Numbered from the stretch's first letter, positions 1-10,726 are shown. The stretch: DNA of 64,000 nucleotides from an uncultured Actinomycetes bacterium (GCA_964631685.1 CAZVZU010000004.1:65249-129248), one strand, 5' to 3'. Notes: generated from the sequence alone by a model not told the origin. Made by a program: numbers and translations.

Positions 1-206
1 CTGGTTTTTTTTACTGTCTCATAAATACTGCTTAAATAACCCCTTATCTCGAACTCTGTTATTTTGTCAGGACGGTCCGGATGCCCGCTTTTTTTTAGAT
101 AGCGCAACAACCCTTTAACATCCGCAATATAAGCCAAAACCGTATTTGGAGAACAATTTTTCTCGAACTTAAGGTTAGTAGCAAATTCTTTTAAAAAATG
201 TTCCAT
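1..206 (-). CDS. Tyrosine recombinase XerC/XerD family, N-terminal part (runs off window edge)
   Basis: Manual translation from ATG at 206 gives MEHFLKEFATNLKFEKNCSPNTVLAYIADVKGLLRYL..., matching the Xer N-terminal S-x-N-T-x-x-A-Y-x-x-D pattern; not in the ORF track. Confidence 0.75.
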   Translation of the reverse strand, partial: MEHFLKEFATNLKFEKNCSPNTVLAYIADVKGLLRYLKKSGHPDRPDKITEFEIRGYLSSIYETVKKT

Positions 207-344
207 TTAACCATTCGTATTTAGTCTCAACTATTAAAAACTATATAGCCCAGATTTCACATTGTATCACAAATAAAAATATAAATTAAACATAATTTTA
301 ATCAGTAGCTATTTTTCTACTTATCGACATTTTATCACATTTTC

Positions 345-373
345 TTGATTTACTTTTTTATCCATAGTAGAAT
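345..373 (+). promoter_or_regulatory. Sigma-70-type promoter for glgP
   Basis: TTGATT-17 bp-TAGAAT; AAGGAGG RBS near 413-419. Confidence 0.5.
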
Positions 374-431
374 GAGAATGCATATGTAGGGCTTATTAAT
401 ATTCACCGTTACAAGGAGGATTTTAAATTTT

Positions 432-2156
432 ATGATAGCCTATTTTGTCATGGAATGTGCCGTTGACAGTAAAATACCAACATACAGCGGAGGGCTTGGC
501 ATTCTTGCAGGAGACACATTGCAAAGCTTTGCCGATCTTGAGGTTCCTGCCGTCTGCATAACCTTGCTGTGGAAAAAAGGGTTCTCCAATCAAAGCCTGT
601 CCGGTAACGGAACCCAATTCGATTCTATCCAGGAATGGGATATTGAAAAATATATGCAGCCGACGAATATGAAAATCACAATACCACTAGGCGACAAAGA
701 TATTGTGGTTACCGCCTATAAATATACGGTAGAATCTATAAAAGGCAACAATGAAATCGATGTCTATTTTTTAACCCCCGATGTTCCTGAAAATGACGCA
801 GAAACAAGAAAAATATGCGACAGATTATACATTGGAGGGGGTTTGACCCGCCTTAAACAAGAAATCATACTCGGCATAGGCGGATACGAGATGTTGAAGG
901 AGATAAAATACAAACCGTTTTTATATCACATAAACGAAAGCCACTCCGCCTTTTTGATAGCGGGACTAATGAAGGATATGAAAGATTTAAATAAGGTTAA
1001 ATCAAGGGTTGTTTTTACAACGCATACACCTATACCCGCAGCCTTCGATAAATTTAAAATGAAAGATATCTCGGATATGCTGAACAGGTATTGCAATAAA
1101 CAAGTACTTTACGATGTATATAGGGAAAAGTTGAACGATAATGACGAGATCAATCTCTCATGGCTTGCCATAAGAAATGCCAAAAATGTAGTGGCTGTTT
1201 CAAGGAAACACAAGTTTGTATCTGAATCTATATTCCAAGGGCATAAGCTAAAATATGTAACCAATGGGGTACATCATGTAAAATGGACTTCTTCTCATCA
1301 CAAAATGTTGTATTCAAAGTATATTAAAGGATGGGAAGATGACCCAAATTTACTCAGAGGGGCCGCATGCATACCAGATAGCGAGTTTGCTCAAGCGCAT
1401 ATATTATCAAAAGAAGCCCTGATAGAGACAATAAACTCCGAAACGGATGCGTCATTTACTGTAGAAAATTTTACAATAGCTATGGCAAAGAGGGTAACAC
1501 GTTACAAAAGAAATAACCTGATACTTTCGGAGCCGGATAAGCTAATAGAAATTGCGGAAAAGAAAGGATGTATTCAGATTGTGTTCGCCGGCAAAGCGCA
1601 TCCTGCAGATACGGACGGTAAACTCATGATTAAGTCCATCCACGATTCCGCTAAATATATCTCATCAAAAACCAAAAAAGTCAAAATAGTCTTCCTAGAA
1701 AATTATAATATTCACATGGCAAATATCATATTGACAGGGGTAGATTTATGGCTTAATAATCCCACAAGGCCGCTGGAGGCATCCGGAACAAGCGGCATAA
1801 AGGCATCTCTTAATGGTGTTCCAAATTTTAGCGTGCTTGACGGCTGGTGGCTCGAAGCTTGTATAGAGGGAATTAATGGCTGGGGGATAGGACCTAAGTC
1901 TGCATGGACAGATCTTAGCCACTCAATTGACATGCAGGATCTAAACGATATTTACGGAAAACTTGAGTTTATCATACTCGATTTATACTATAAAAATTTT
2001 TCATTCTACCTTAAGATCATGAAAATGGCGGTCTCCACTATAGCTCCCCATTTTAACACTAATAGGATGGTTTCAGAGTACGTTACAAATTTATACCTTA
2101 CGGGCATAGTTATGTGCTATCTGGAGAGAGAGCAAAACGGTATCTGTGATATGTGA
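432..2156 (+). CDS. glgP: Alpha-glucan (glycogen/maltodextrin) phosphorylase, short form
   Basis: YSGGLGILAGD, HINESH, VFTTHTP, VTNGVH and EASGTSGIK (PLP lysine) motifs. Confidence 0.92.
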   Translation: MIAYFVMECAVDSKIPTYSGGLGILAGDTLQSFADLEVPAVCITLLWKKGFSNQSLSGNGTQFDSIQEWDIEKYMQPTNMKITIPLGDKDIVVTAYKYTVESIKGNNEIDVYFLTPDVPENDAETRKICDRLYIGGGLTRLKQEIILGIGGYEMLKEIKYKPFLYHINESHSAFLIAGLMKDMKDLNKVKSRVVFTTHTPIPAAFDKFKMKDISDMLNRYCNKQVLYDVYREKLNDNDEINLSWLAIRNAKNVVAVSRKHKFVSESIFQGHKLKYVTNGVHHVKWTSSHHKMLYSKYIKGWEDDPNLLRGAACIPDSEFAQAHILSKEALIETINSETDASFTVENFTIAMAKRVTRYKRNNLILSEPDKLIEIAEKKGCIQIVFAGKAHPADTDGKLMIKSIHDSAKYISSKTKKVKIVFLENYNIHMANIILTGVDLWLNNPTRPLEASGTSGIKASLNGVPNFSVLDGWWLEACIEGINGWGIGPKSAWTDLSHSIDMQDLNDIYGKLEFIILDLYYKNFSFYLKIMKMAVSTIAPHFNTNRMVSEYVTNLYLTGIVMCYLEREQNGICDM

Positions 2157-2166
2157 GCAGGCTGCT

Positions 2167-3204
2167 TTATGTATTTGGATTTATTATAACCTTGAGAGAT
2201 TCTTGCGCTTCGACCGTGAGTTCAAATCCTTTCGCGATATCCTTTAAAGGGAACCGATTCGTTATCATGTCACCCACTTTAACCCTTTTCGACCTAATAA
2301 GCTCAAGCGCTGCCTCATGATCAAATATGGACCCTGCATAAGAGCTCAAAAGCGTTACCTCGGTTCTCCAGAATATTTCATTCATAGACAGGGGTAAATT
2401 TGCTCCCTCGTCTGCTGCGCCAAAAAATAAGACTGTTCCTCCCCTACGGACAGACTTAAGCCCTTGTTTGACGGCGCTAGTCGCTCCTGTAGATAAAATT
2501 ACCGTGTCCGCTAAAAAACCATCATTTATTTTCCTAATCGCATCCGATAAATTTACGCTTTTGTCCGTAGCATTAAATGCGTAATCAGCTCCAAATTGTT
2601 TAGCATATTCAAGCCTTCTATCGTTTATATCCGTCGCTATAATCTTGGTTGCACCTGTTATTTTCAAAAGATTAATATGGAGAAGGCCTGTAAGTCCGCT
2701 TCCAATGACTAAAACAGTATCTGCGGGTCTCACACCTGCCAATCTTTGCCCCCTGAGAACGCAGGCAAGTGGCTCAATAAATGTTCCATCCTCAAAGCTG
2801 ACAGAATCCGGCAAAACATACATACCGTTCTTAACATTAATCTCGGGTAATCTCAAAAACTCGGAAAAACCACCAGGGTCAAAGCTTGTAGAACGCAACG
2901 TATCACAGACGGTCTGATGCCCGCTTAGGCAATATTTACAAGTATTACACGGAACATGGTGAGCGACACAAACTCTATCGCCTTTCTTATATTTACCAAC
3001 ATTCTTTCCGATATTCGTTATTACACCCGTAACCTCATGCCCTAAAACAAGAGGAATCTTGTCCCTTCTATACCATTCTATGACATCGCTCCCACAGATC
3101 CCGCTTGCTTCAACCTTTATTAGGACCTCGTCGTTATCTATTTCTGGAATGTCTTTATCGATTATTCGTATATCTTTATTACTATAGTACAATGCACAAC
3201 GCAT
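2167..3204 (-). CDS. Zinc-dependent dehydrogenase (MDR; sorbitol/threonine dehydrogenase-like)
   Basis: GICGSD, LGHE, structural Zn CxxCxxC-x7-C, GSGLTG nucleotide-binding motif. Confidence 0.88.
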   Translation of the reverse strand: MRCALYYSNKDIRIIDKDIPEIDNDEVLIKVEASGICGSDVIEWYRRDKIPLVLGHEVTGVITNIGKNVGKYKKGDRVCVAHHVPCNTCKYCLSGHQTVCDTLRSTSFDPGGFSEFLRLPEINVKNGMYVLPDSVSFEDGTFIEPLACVLRGQRLAGVRPADTVLVIGSGLTGLLHINLLKITGATKIIATDINDRRLEYAKQFGADYAFNATDKSVNLSDAIRKINDGFLADTVILSTGATSAVKQGLKSVRRGGTVLFFGAADEGANLPLSMNEIFWRTEVTLLSSYAGSIFDHEAALELIRSKRVKVGDMITNRFPLKDIAKGFELTVEAQESLKVIINPNT

Positions 3205-3205
3205 A

Positions 3206-5020
3206 TTAAGGCCTGCCTTCTTCTATCGCAAGCAAGACATCCCTCTTTCTTAAAATCCCTTTATAGGCACCACTTCTATCTATGACAACCAATTCATCGG
3301 AATTTTTTCTAAAAAAGCTATGTACTGCAATATCTAATGTATCATTTATTTTGATCTTAGGTACCCTTGATGCATCCATTATATCCCTTGCAAGCCTTGA
3401 ATCTTCGGGTGATGTCAACATGATATTTTTTATAACATCATATTTTACCGTACCGACTATTCTGCCGGTTTTATCTATAACCGGATGCATGAAAAAATTG
3501 GAACTAAAAAAAATATTAATCATTTCATACAAAGGCATATCCGGATTCATAGGCCTAGCAACATTATCTTTTTCTAAAATATCTTTAACAGAGTATCGTT
3601 GAAGCGGTTTAATTAAATAGTCTTTAAAGTGTGCAGGCGACTCCAATCTATTATTTTTTTGCTTGGAATAGATGCTTTTTTTACCGCTTGCAACAAAGGT
3701 TATAGCAGAAACAAGCATTAAGGGTGGCAAAAGCGCGTAACTCCCCGTCAATTCCGAAACCATGATAAACGATGTTAATGGAACCTTTGCGACGCCGGCA
3801 AAGAACCCTCCCATGCCTATTAAAACAAAAGTAGATATATCCGTTGCGCTTACCAGCTGTGGTAATATCATATGGAAAATCAATCCCGCCGCTCCGCCGA
3901 ATGCACCCCCTATAACAAGGGATGGCGAGTAGACACCGGCCGAACCACCGGATCCTATTGTAAAGGAAGTTGCAACTATCTTAAGGACCCCTAATAAAAT
4001 AAGCGTCATTAATGCCAATTTACCCATTACCGCAAGTTGAAGCCAGCCATATCCTACTCCCATTATTTCAGGGAAAAAATATGCTATAATGCCAACCACG
4101 GCGCCGCCGAGCATTGGCTTAAAATGCGGCTTAATATTTATTTTAGTGAATAAATCTTGCACCGCATAAAAAAATCTTACGTAAAAATTACCCATAAATG
4201 CTAAAAACACACCAAAAACAGCATACAAAACAAGGAGTATTGGCTTGGAGTAGGTAAACGCTTGGGTCATTAATTCAGGTTTGAAACCTGCATAAAAATA
4301 TGCATATAAAGAATATCCTACGATAGAGGCTATAATGGAGAGCATTAACGAACCCCCCTCGAAATCAACGCTGGAATATAAGACCTCTACGCCAAAGATA
4401 GCGCCTGCAAGGGGAGCCTTAAAAATAGCTCCGATTCCTGCACCGATCCCTGCAACAAGAAGAGTTCTTCTCTCCGGAATAGGTAACCCCAGGTACGTTG
4501 CAAGTACGGATCCAAAACCGGCACCTATTTGCGCAACCGGACCTTCCCTACCACCGGAACCTCCGGAACCAAGAGTAACTGCAGATGCAATAGTTTTAAT
4601 TATCGGCACCCTGGCCCTTATCACCCCTTCTTTGTTGTGAAATGCATCAATCGCCGCATCCGTGCCATGTCCTTCCGCCTCTGGTGCAAATGTATAAACT
4701 AATAAACCGGATATAAGTCCTCCCGCGATTATAACTAATGGAATTACCCAATGTATAGGTGTCATTCCGTGAGGAGCGCCGGTTTTTCCCATTAATCCAG
4801 GTACGGGAGAATAATAATGGGCGAGGCTTTCCCTGAATATAAATTTAAAAAGATCAATAAGCCAGGTAAAGATTATCGCGCCAACTCCGGCAACAATTCC
4901 GACTAATACCCCAAAAAAAATCCATTTTGAAAAATATAAGACAGATCTATCTTGCCATTTTATTATTTTTCTTTTAAGATTCGTCCTGCTTCGCGTAAAC
5001 ATTTTTTTTAAATAATTCAT
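3206..5020 (-). CDS. ClC-family chloride channel/antiporter with C-terminal CBS domains
   Basis: EGHGT and GSGGREGP (gating Glu) motifs, many TM helices, CBS-like tail. Confidence 0.9.
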   Translation of the reverse strand: MNYLKKMFTRSRTNLKRKIIKWQDRSVLYFSKWIFFGVLVGIVAGVGAIIFTWLIDLFKFIFRESLAHYYSPVPGLMGKTGAPHGMTPIHWVIPLVIIAGGLISGLLVYTFAPEAEGHGTDAAIDAFHNKEGVIRARVPIIKTIASAVTLGSGGSGGREGPVAQIGAGFGSVLATYLGLPIPERRTLLVAGIGAGIGAIFKAPLAGAIFGVEVLYSSVDFEGGSLMLSIIASIVGYSLYAYFYAGFKPELMTQAFTYSKPILLVLYAVFGVFLAFMGNFYVRFFYAVQDLFTKINIKPHFKPMLGGAVVGIIAYFFPEIMGVGYGWLQLAVMGKLALMTLILLGVLKIVATSFTIGSGGSAGVYSPSLVIGGAFGGAAGLIFHMILPQLVSATDISTFVLIGMGGFFAGVAKVPLTSFIMVSELTGSYALLPPLMLVSAITFVASGKKSIYSKQKNNRLESPAHFKDYLIKPLQRYSVKDILEKDNVARPMNPDMPLYEMINIFFSSNFFMHPVIDKTGRIVGTVKYDVIKNIMLTSPEDSRLARDIMDASRVPKIKINDTLDIAVHSFFRKNSDELVVIDRSGAYKGILRKRDVLLAIEEGRP

Positions 5021-5114
5021 AGTGGCTGTAATGAAATTAAGTTTATAAAACGATAATATAAATGAAATTTGTAAGCTTATGTAAATTATTAAAACTTTGT
5101 CCAGTATATGACAA

Positions 5115-5189
5115 TGGTAGCCCCAACGGGATTCGAACCCGTGTTACTGCCGTGAGAGGGCAACGTCCTAACCGCTAGACTATGGGGCC
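5115..5189 (-). tRNA. tRNA-Glu(CTC)
   Basis: Cloverleaf GGCCCCA...anticodon arm TTGCC-CTCTCAC-GGCAG, GGTTCGAATCC T-arm, encoded CCA. Confidence 0.95.
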
Positions 5190-5299
5190 ATTTAAAGACT
5201 AAAATAATTATCCGCCGATTATATAACATATTTAAGATAAAGTAAAATAAAAATGTTTGCAAGGGGGGATTTCTCAAAACAATGCGCAATGATACGTAA

Positions 5300-8056
5300 C
5301 TACTTAATTGATATTTTTACTCGCCTGATGAGCTTTTCTATCTCAGTTACCGCAAATCCGGGCAATAAGGATAGTGATATAATCAACCACCATCCATTAG
5401 GAAAAGGGTGCGTTCTGAATAGAGCATTTCCAAATGGGGTATAAATTATTAAAAAAATGGATGTTAATGCCATCCCTACCCCTGTAAGCAACCATTTATT
5501 GGAAAATGGGTTGAAAGTGAACGCCGAATCGTAAATTGACCTCGCGGTAGCCAGGTACCCTATCTCTATCAACTGAACGCCCACAAACGCTGCAGTTTGC
5601 GCCTGCGTCAACATGGATAAATAATTAGGATCGGATAAAACAGCCTGAGACGCAAAGTAGTAGTATAGTAAAAATCCGGTAGCTGCCATAAATATAGATA
5701 CTAAGCCAACTCTTATCATAAACAGATGGTTAGCTATCTTTTCCTTTATATCACGCGGAGGTCCTTTTAATAAATCTCTTTCTTTCGGCTCCATCATAAG
5801 TGGTATTGTAAAAAAAATGGAATCCGCAAGATTTATCCATAAAATATGTATAGGCTCCAAAGGCAGGCGAAAAGTGAATAATGGAATAAGGGGGGCAAGC
5901 GATATTGCGCCCATTATCAGTAATGCCTGGCCTACATTTGTCGGCAATGTATAAATAATGGCTTTTTGAAAATTATTCCAAGCATGCCTTCCTTCCTCAA
6001 CCGCAGCAACAATAGTAGTAAAATTATCATCGGTTAAAATCATGTCTGCCGCTTCCTTGCTTACCTCTGTGCCGGTCATGCCCATTGCTATTCCAATATC
6101 TGCGGCCTTTAAAGCAGGGGCATCATTTACCCCGTCACCCGTAACAGCAACAACATTACCCCTTCTCTGCATTTGAACGGTAATTCTCAATTTATGTTCG
6201 GGTGCAATACGCGCAAACACAGAAACTTTCTGGACGGCCATGTATAAATCTTCGTCACTCATCTCCGACAGCTCCCTACCCGTTATAGCCATGCCGTCTT
6301 CTTTGATAATGCCCAATTGTTTGGCGATAGCCCTTGCCGTCTCAATGTGATCGCCTGTCATCATGATCACCCTTATACCTGCAATTTTGCACTTCTCAAC
6401 CGCTCCGACGACCTCTTCTCTTGGCGGATCAATCATACCTTGAATCCCCAAAAACGTGAAGCCGTACATATCTTCCACTGTAATTAGAGTCTTGCTTTTA
6501 GGTACTGTTTTATATGCCATGCCAATAACTCTAAGCGCATCAGAAGCCATATCTTTGACTGCAGATAACACACTGCCCGATTCCACGGAAACTATTTCTC
6601 CGTTAATCAACTGATTCTGGCATTGCCCCAATACTTTTTCCGGTGACCCTTTGATATAGATGATATTCTCATTTTCAGACGCATGTAGCGTAGCCATATA
6701 TTGGTGTTCCGATTCAAATGGTATTTCATCCAATACCACTGGCTTCTCTTCGACGCTACCCTTTAGCGCTGACACGACCAATGCTTTTTCCGTTGAATCG
6801 CCAATTATATCAAGAGTACCCTTTTCTTCAGACAAAACGGCATTACTGCAGAAATAACCCGCATTTAAGGTTTTGATTAATTCTATCGGCTCATCTAACG
6901 GATCAATTATCTCTCCGCTTAGCATGAATTTTCCATCAATGCCGTATCCCGCCCCCGTTACGCCGTATACTCGCCTTCCGCTATATATCCGCACAACCGT
7001 CATAGCATTCCTGGTAAGCGTTCCTGTTTTATCTGAGCATATAACCGTAGTACAACCTAGCGTCTCCACAGCGGGTAGCCTTCTTATCAATGCATTTCTC
7101 TTCGCCATTGCGATAGATGCAAAAGCTAAAATGGTAATTATCACGGCAGGCAACATCTCAGGAATAGCCGCTACGGCAAGTGAAATAGAAGCAAGAACGG
7201 CATATACAAGGGTATATTTGAGCAATACGGCCAATAAAAAATTCAGGATAGCGAGTATGGCAACGGCAATCATCCAGAATCTGGTAAACTCCGTAATTTT
7301 ACGCATCAGAGGTGTTGTAATCTTGGTAGTATCCTTCATGAATTTGGCAATCTTGCCAAATTCCGTATGCTCTCCGGTAGCTGTTACTATCCCTTCTCCG
7401 TACCCCCTGCTAACAAAAGTACCGCTGAAAATCATACATCGCTGATCGGCAGTAGATAGATTATCCAACGCTATTGGTTCAATGTCCTTGTTTACGGGAA
7501 CCGATTCTCCGGTAAGCAGCGATTCATCCACTACAAAATTTCTCGTATAAAGCAAGCGTAAATCGGCCGGGATTTTATTACCGGATTCAAGTACTACTAC
7601 ATCCCCTGGCACTAATTCCCGCGTCAAAACGGTTCTCTTGTGACCATTTCTCATGCATAAACATTCAGGAACCATCATTTTTTTTAGTGCATTTATGGAT
7701 GACTCTGCCTTGCCTTCTTGAATAAATCCGATTACGGTATTAACTGCAACACATAATAGAATAATAATCGTTTCCGGCCACTCTCTCAAGACGGCTGTGG
7801 CTATAGATGTAATCAGCAGGACATATACTAAAGGGCCGCGGAATTGATTGAGGAAACGAATGATGGCCGATCGTTGCTTAAATATTAATTCATTATAACC
7901 ATACAGCTTAAGCCTTTCTTTCGCCTCATTCTCGGAAAGCCCAGAGAGACCGGACGTAAGAATTGATATTACTTCGCCTATTGATTTTTTATACCATTCT
8001 ATTTTATTTATATCCAATATGATTGCTTCTATTTTGAATATAGCCGTTATAGGCAA
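5300..8056 (-). CDS. P-type cation-transporting ATPase (P2A-like); true start probably TTG at 8017
   Basis: TGES, DKTGT (phosphorylated Asp), KGSPE, DPPR, TGDGVND motifs. Confidence 0.92.
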   Translation of the reverse strand: MPITAIFKIEAIILDINKIEWYKKSIGEVISILTSGLSGLSENEAKERLKLYGYNELIFKQRSAIIRFLNQFRGPLVYVLLITSIATAVLREWPETIIILLCVAVNTVIGFIQEGKAESSINALKKMMVPECLCMRNGHKRTVLTRELVPGDVVVLESGNKIPADLRLLYTRNFVVDESLLTGESVPVNKDIEPIALDNLSTADQRCMIFSGTFVSRGYGEGIVTATGEHTEFGKIAKFMKDTTKITTPLMRKITEFTRFWMIAVAILAILNFLLAVLLKYTLVYAVLASISLAVAAIPEMLPAVIITILAFASIAMAKRNALIRRLPAVETLGCTTVICSDKTGTLTRNAMTVVRIYSGRRVYGVTGAGYGIDGKFMLSGEIIDPLDEPIELIKTLNAGYFCSNAVLSEEKGTLDIIGDSTEKALVVSALKGSVEEKPVVLDEIPFESEHQYMATLHASENENIIYIKGSPEKVLGQCQNQLINGEIVSVESGSVLSAVKDMASDALRVIGMAYKTVPKSKTLITVEDMYGFTFLGIQGMIDPPREEVVGAVEKCKIAGIRVIMMTGDHIETARAIAKQLGIIKEDGMAITGRELSEMSDEDLYMAVQKVSVFARIAPEHKLRITVQMQRRGNVVAVTGDGVNDAPALKAADIGIAMGMTGTEVSKEAADMILTDDNFTTIVAAVEEGRHAWNNFQKAIIYTLPTNVGQALLIMGAISLAPLIPLFTFRLPLEPIHILWINLADSIFFTIPLMMEPKERDLLKGPPRDIKEKIANHLFMIRVGLVSIFMAATGFLLYYYFASQAVLSDPNYLSMLTQAQTAAFVGVQLIEIGYLATARSIYDSAFTFNPFSNKWLLTGVGMALTSIFLIIYTPFGNALFRTHPFPNGWWLIISLSLLPGFAVTEIEKLIRRVKISIK

Positions 8057-8258
8057 TATTCACATTATTGTTAATTTTATTGTTACCGCATGTTATAAAA
8101 CATCCATTATTCATGATATGTTCTCTCTCAAGAGAGCTGTTTATATTTGCGCACCCTGATAGTAAAACCGCACCCATTCCCGCAAAGAAAATAACAACAA
8201 TCGCATTTTTAAGCCTGCCGATACGACATATTTCGATTAACTTTTTAAAAAAAATCAT
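8004..8258 (-). CDS. Small putative lipoprotein, unknown function
   Basis: GAAGGG RBS; basic N-terminus, hydrophobic stretch and LSGC lipobox; lies between rfbA and the ATPase on the same strand. Confidence 0.55.
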   Translation of the reverse strand: MIFFKKLIEICRIGRLKNAIVVIFFAGMGAVLLSGCANINSSLEREHIMNNGCFITCGNNKINNNVNIAYNGYIQNRSNHIGYK

Positions 8259-8265
8259 TTTCCCT

Positions 8266-9183
8266 TCATCCTTTATGTGTACCTAATTTATTCTTAATTT
8301 TATTTTTCTCACCTTGTATTATTTTTAGTATATATTCACCATAACTATTTTTAATATACTTTTCGTATAATGTCTCTAACCCTTTGAGCGATATATAGTT
8401 CATTCTATAGGCAATTTCTTCTATACATCCAATCTTCAACCCCTGCCTTTTTTCCATCATCTCAATAAATTTTGAGGCATCAAGTAGGCTCTCAGGCGTT
8501 CCGGTATCAAGCCACGCATAACCCCTACCAAGCGCGATAGCACTAAGCTTCCCTATCCGTAGATATTCATTGTTTACATCTGTTATTTCAAGCTCTCCCC
8601 TCGGCGAGGGTTTTAATCCTTTAGCTATGCCAACGACATTGTTATCGTAAAAATAGACCCCCGTAACCGCGCAATTAGACTTAGGCTTTAGAGGCTTTTC
8701 CTCAATGCATAAAACATTTTCTTCCTCATCAATCTCGGCAACTCCATATCTTTGCGGGTCTTCTACGTAATATGTAAATATAACTCCGCCGCGGTTCTTG
8801 CTGATAATTTCCCTTGCATAATTAAATTTACTCGTAATGCCGTGTCCATAGAATATATTATCTCCTAAAATTAAACAGACATCATCCGAACCGATAAAGT
8901 CTTCGCCAATTACAAATGCTTCCGCAAGCCCGCCGGGTGAGATCTGCTCTTTGTATTTTATATTTAATCCCAAAGTGCGTCCATCACCAAATATTGCTTT
9001 AAACTTAGACATATCGGAGGGGGTCGTAATTATTAATATATCAACAATACCGGCAAGCATTAAGGTTGACAGGGGATAATAGATCATAGGCTTGTCATAA
9101 ACAGGCAAGAGTTGTTTACAGACGCTAAGAGTTATCGGTTGCAATCTAGTCCCGCTACCGCCGGCAAGGATAATACCCTTCAT
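8266..9183 (-). CDS. rfbA: Glucose-1-phosphate thymidylyltransferase
   Basis: KGIILAGGSGTRL, KQLLPVYDKPMIYYP, LGDN, EKP, RGELEIT, WLDTGT. Confidence 0.95.
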   Translation of the reverse strand: MKGIILAGGSGTRLQPITLSVCKQLLPVYDKPMIYYPLSTLMLAGIVDILIITTPSDMSKFKAIFGDGRTLGLNIKYKEQISPGGLAEAFVIGEDFIGSDDVCLILGDNIFYGHGITSKFNYAREIISKNRGGVIFTYYVEDPQRYGVAEIDEEENVLCIEEKPLKPKSNCAVTGVYFYDNNVVGIAKGLKPSPRGELEITDVNNEYLRIGKLSAIALGRGYAWLDTGTPESLLDASKFIEMMEKRQGLKIGCIEEIAYRMNYISLKGLETLYEKYIKNSYGEYILKIIQGEKNKIKNKLGTHKG

Positions 9184-9321
9184 TAGGCAAACCACCTCCT
9201 ATTTTTATTGCAATTTCTGTTTTTATTTGACTTTATACAATATAATGCAATATGTTATTACACATCAATATAAAAAACAAGGGATCAAATAACTCTATTT
9301 CTTTAACGCGTATCAGGGAAT

Positions 9322-10662
9322 ATGGAAACAATAAAAATAGATTCGTTAGCATATAAGGGTTACGGCGTAGGCAGAATTATATCCAAGGTTGTATTTGTAG
9401 ATTACGCCTGTCCGGGAGATATTTTAAAGATAGAACTTTACAATGAACATAAAAACTATGCATTTGGCAAAATCATTGAGATTGTTAGCCCGTCACAAAA
9501 AAGAATCACACCTATTTGCAAATACTTTGGGATTTGCGGGGGATGTAATTATCTTCATATATCTTATGCAGAAGAAGTTTATCGGAAATTAGAAATTTTC
9601 AACTCAGAATTCAATAAAGTTTTCAAAGATATAAAAGATTTTGACTTATTTGATTTAACAGATAATCTTAAAAAGAGATGCTATCTTAACTATAGACAAA
9701 AAATTGAGTTAAAGGTCGTCCCACCCTTTATCGGATTTTATGAAAAATCATCCCACAATATTGTTGACATTAAATATTGTTATATAGCAAAGGAAAGTAT
9801 AAATGAATTATTAAAAAACGTAAGAAACGCACTTCTTGGCGAAGATTACGGAAACAATTTATTAAATGAAATATCAACCATAACATTAACGGATACCGGA
9901 CTAAAAAACATAACATTTGAATTAAATAATTATGCTCCAAAGCGTATCCGAAATTATGATTTAATATTTAACGATATCATAAAAAAAACAGGAGCGGATA
10001 ATATCTTTGTTAAGTTCAAAATAAGAAAGGGTAAAAATATATTCAAGTACAGCAAAGATAAAATTGATAAGCCTCTATCGAACTATTTTACATTAAAAGA
10101 CAAAAAATTCACGTATGATCTCCCGTCTTTTATACAGGTCAACAAAGAACAAAACGAAAATATGATAAGCAAAATATCGTTACATCTTAAAAACCTCAAA
10201 GAAAAAAGGGGTATAAATTTTAAAAATGCCCTTGATTTGTTTTGCGGATACGGTAATATCACCCTTTTTCTGGCTCATTATGCAAAAATGGTTACAGGGG
10301 TCGAAGAAAATTATTTTTCGATTAAACTTGGAGAAAAAAATATTAAACTTAACGATATCAAAAATATTAGCTTTATAATGTCCGGAGTAAAAGATTTTTT
10401 GAACAAAACGGGACAACGCGGATTACATTACGACCTAATCATAATAGACCCTCCAAGGATGGGCATAAAAGGATTGGTGTCAAAAATAACAAGTTTGAAG
10501 CCCTCGTTTATAATATATATATCATGCGACTTAATGACACTTTTAAGAGATATAAAAAAGTTTACAGAGACAGGATACTCGATAGATAAAATTAACCTGA
10601 TAGATATGTTCCCAAGGACGTACCACATGGAGCACATAGCATTTTTACGCAAGGAAGCATAA
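9322..10662 (+). CDS. rlmD: 23S rRNA (uracil-5)-methyltransferase RlmD/TrmA family
   Basis: TRAM-like N-terminus, C-x5-CGGC FeS motif, DLFCGYG, DPPR, YISC, DMFPRTYH. Confidence 0.88.
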   Translation: METIKIDSLAYKGYGVGRIISKVVFVDYACPGDILKIELYNEHKNYAFGKIIEIVSPSQKRITPICKYFGICGGCNYLHISYAEEVYRKLEIFNSEFNKVFKDIKDFDLFDLTDNLKKRCYLNYRQKIELKVVPPFIGFYEKSSHNIVDIKYCYIAKESINELLKNVRNALLGEDYGNNLLNEISTITLTDTGLKNITFELNNYAPKRIRNYDLIFNDIIKKTGADNIFVKFKIRKGKNIFKYSKDKIDKPLSNYFTLKDKKFTYDLPSFIQVNKEQNENMISKISLHLKNLKEKRGINFKNALDLFCGYGNITLFLAHYAKMVTGVEENYFSIKLGEKNIKLNDIKNISFIMSGVKDFLNKTGQRGLHYDLIIIDPPRMGIKGLVSKITSLKPSFIIYISCDLMTLLRDIKKFTETGYSIDKINLIDMFPRTYHMEHIAFLRKEA

Positions 10663-10726
10663 AACGTACAAACCCGCAGTCTCAGAGAGGACATGCGTAA
10701 CAGTTATGAATTAAATCTAACGCGAA

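Noticed and set aside
1..5189. Integrative island between the tyrosine recombinase and the tRNA-Glu 3' end
   Set aside because: No duplicated tRNA 3' end found; the recombinase N-terminus looks like housekeeping XerC/D; cargo genes are ordinary
5089..5289. 66-aa ORF in the track
   Set aside because: Reads through the tRNA-Glu gene; spurious
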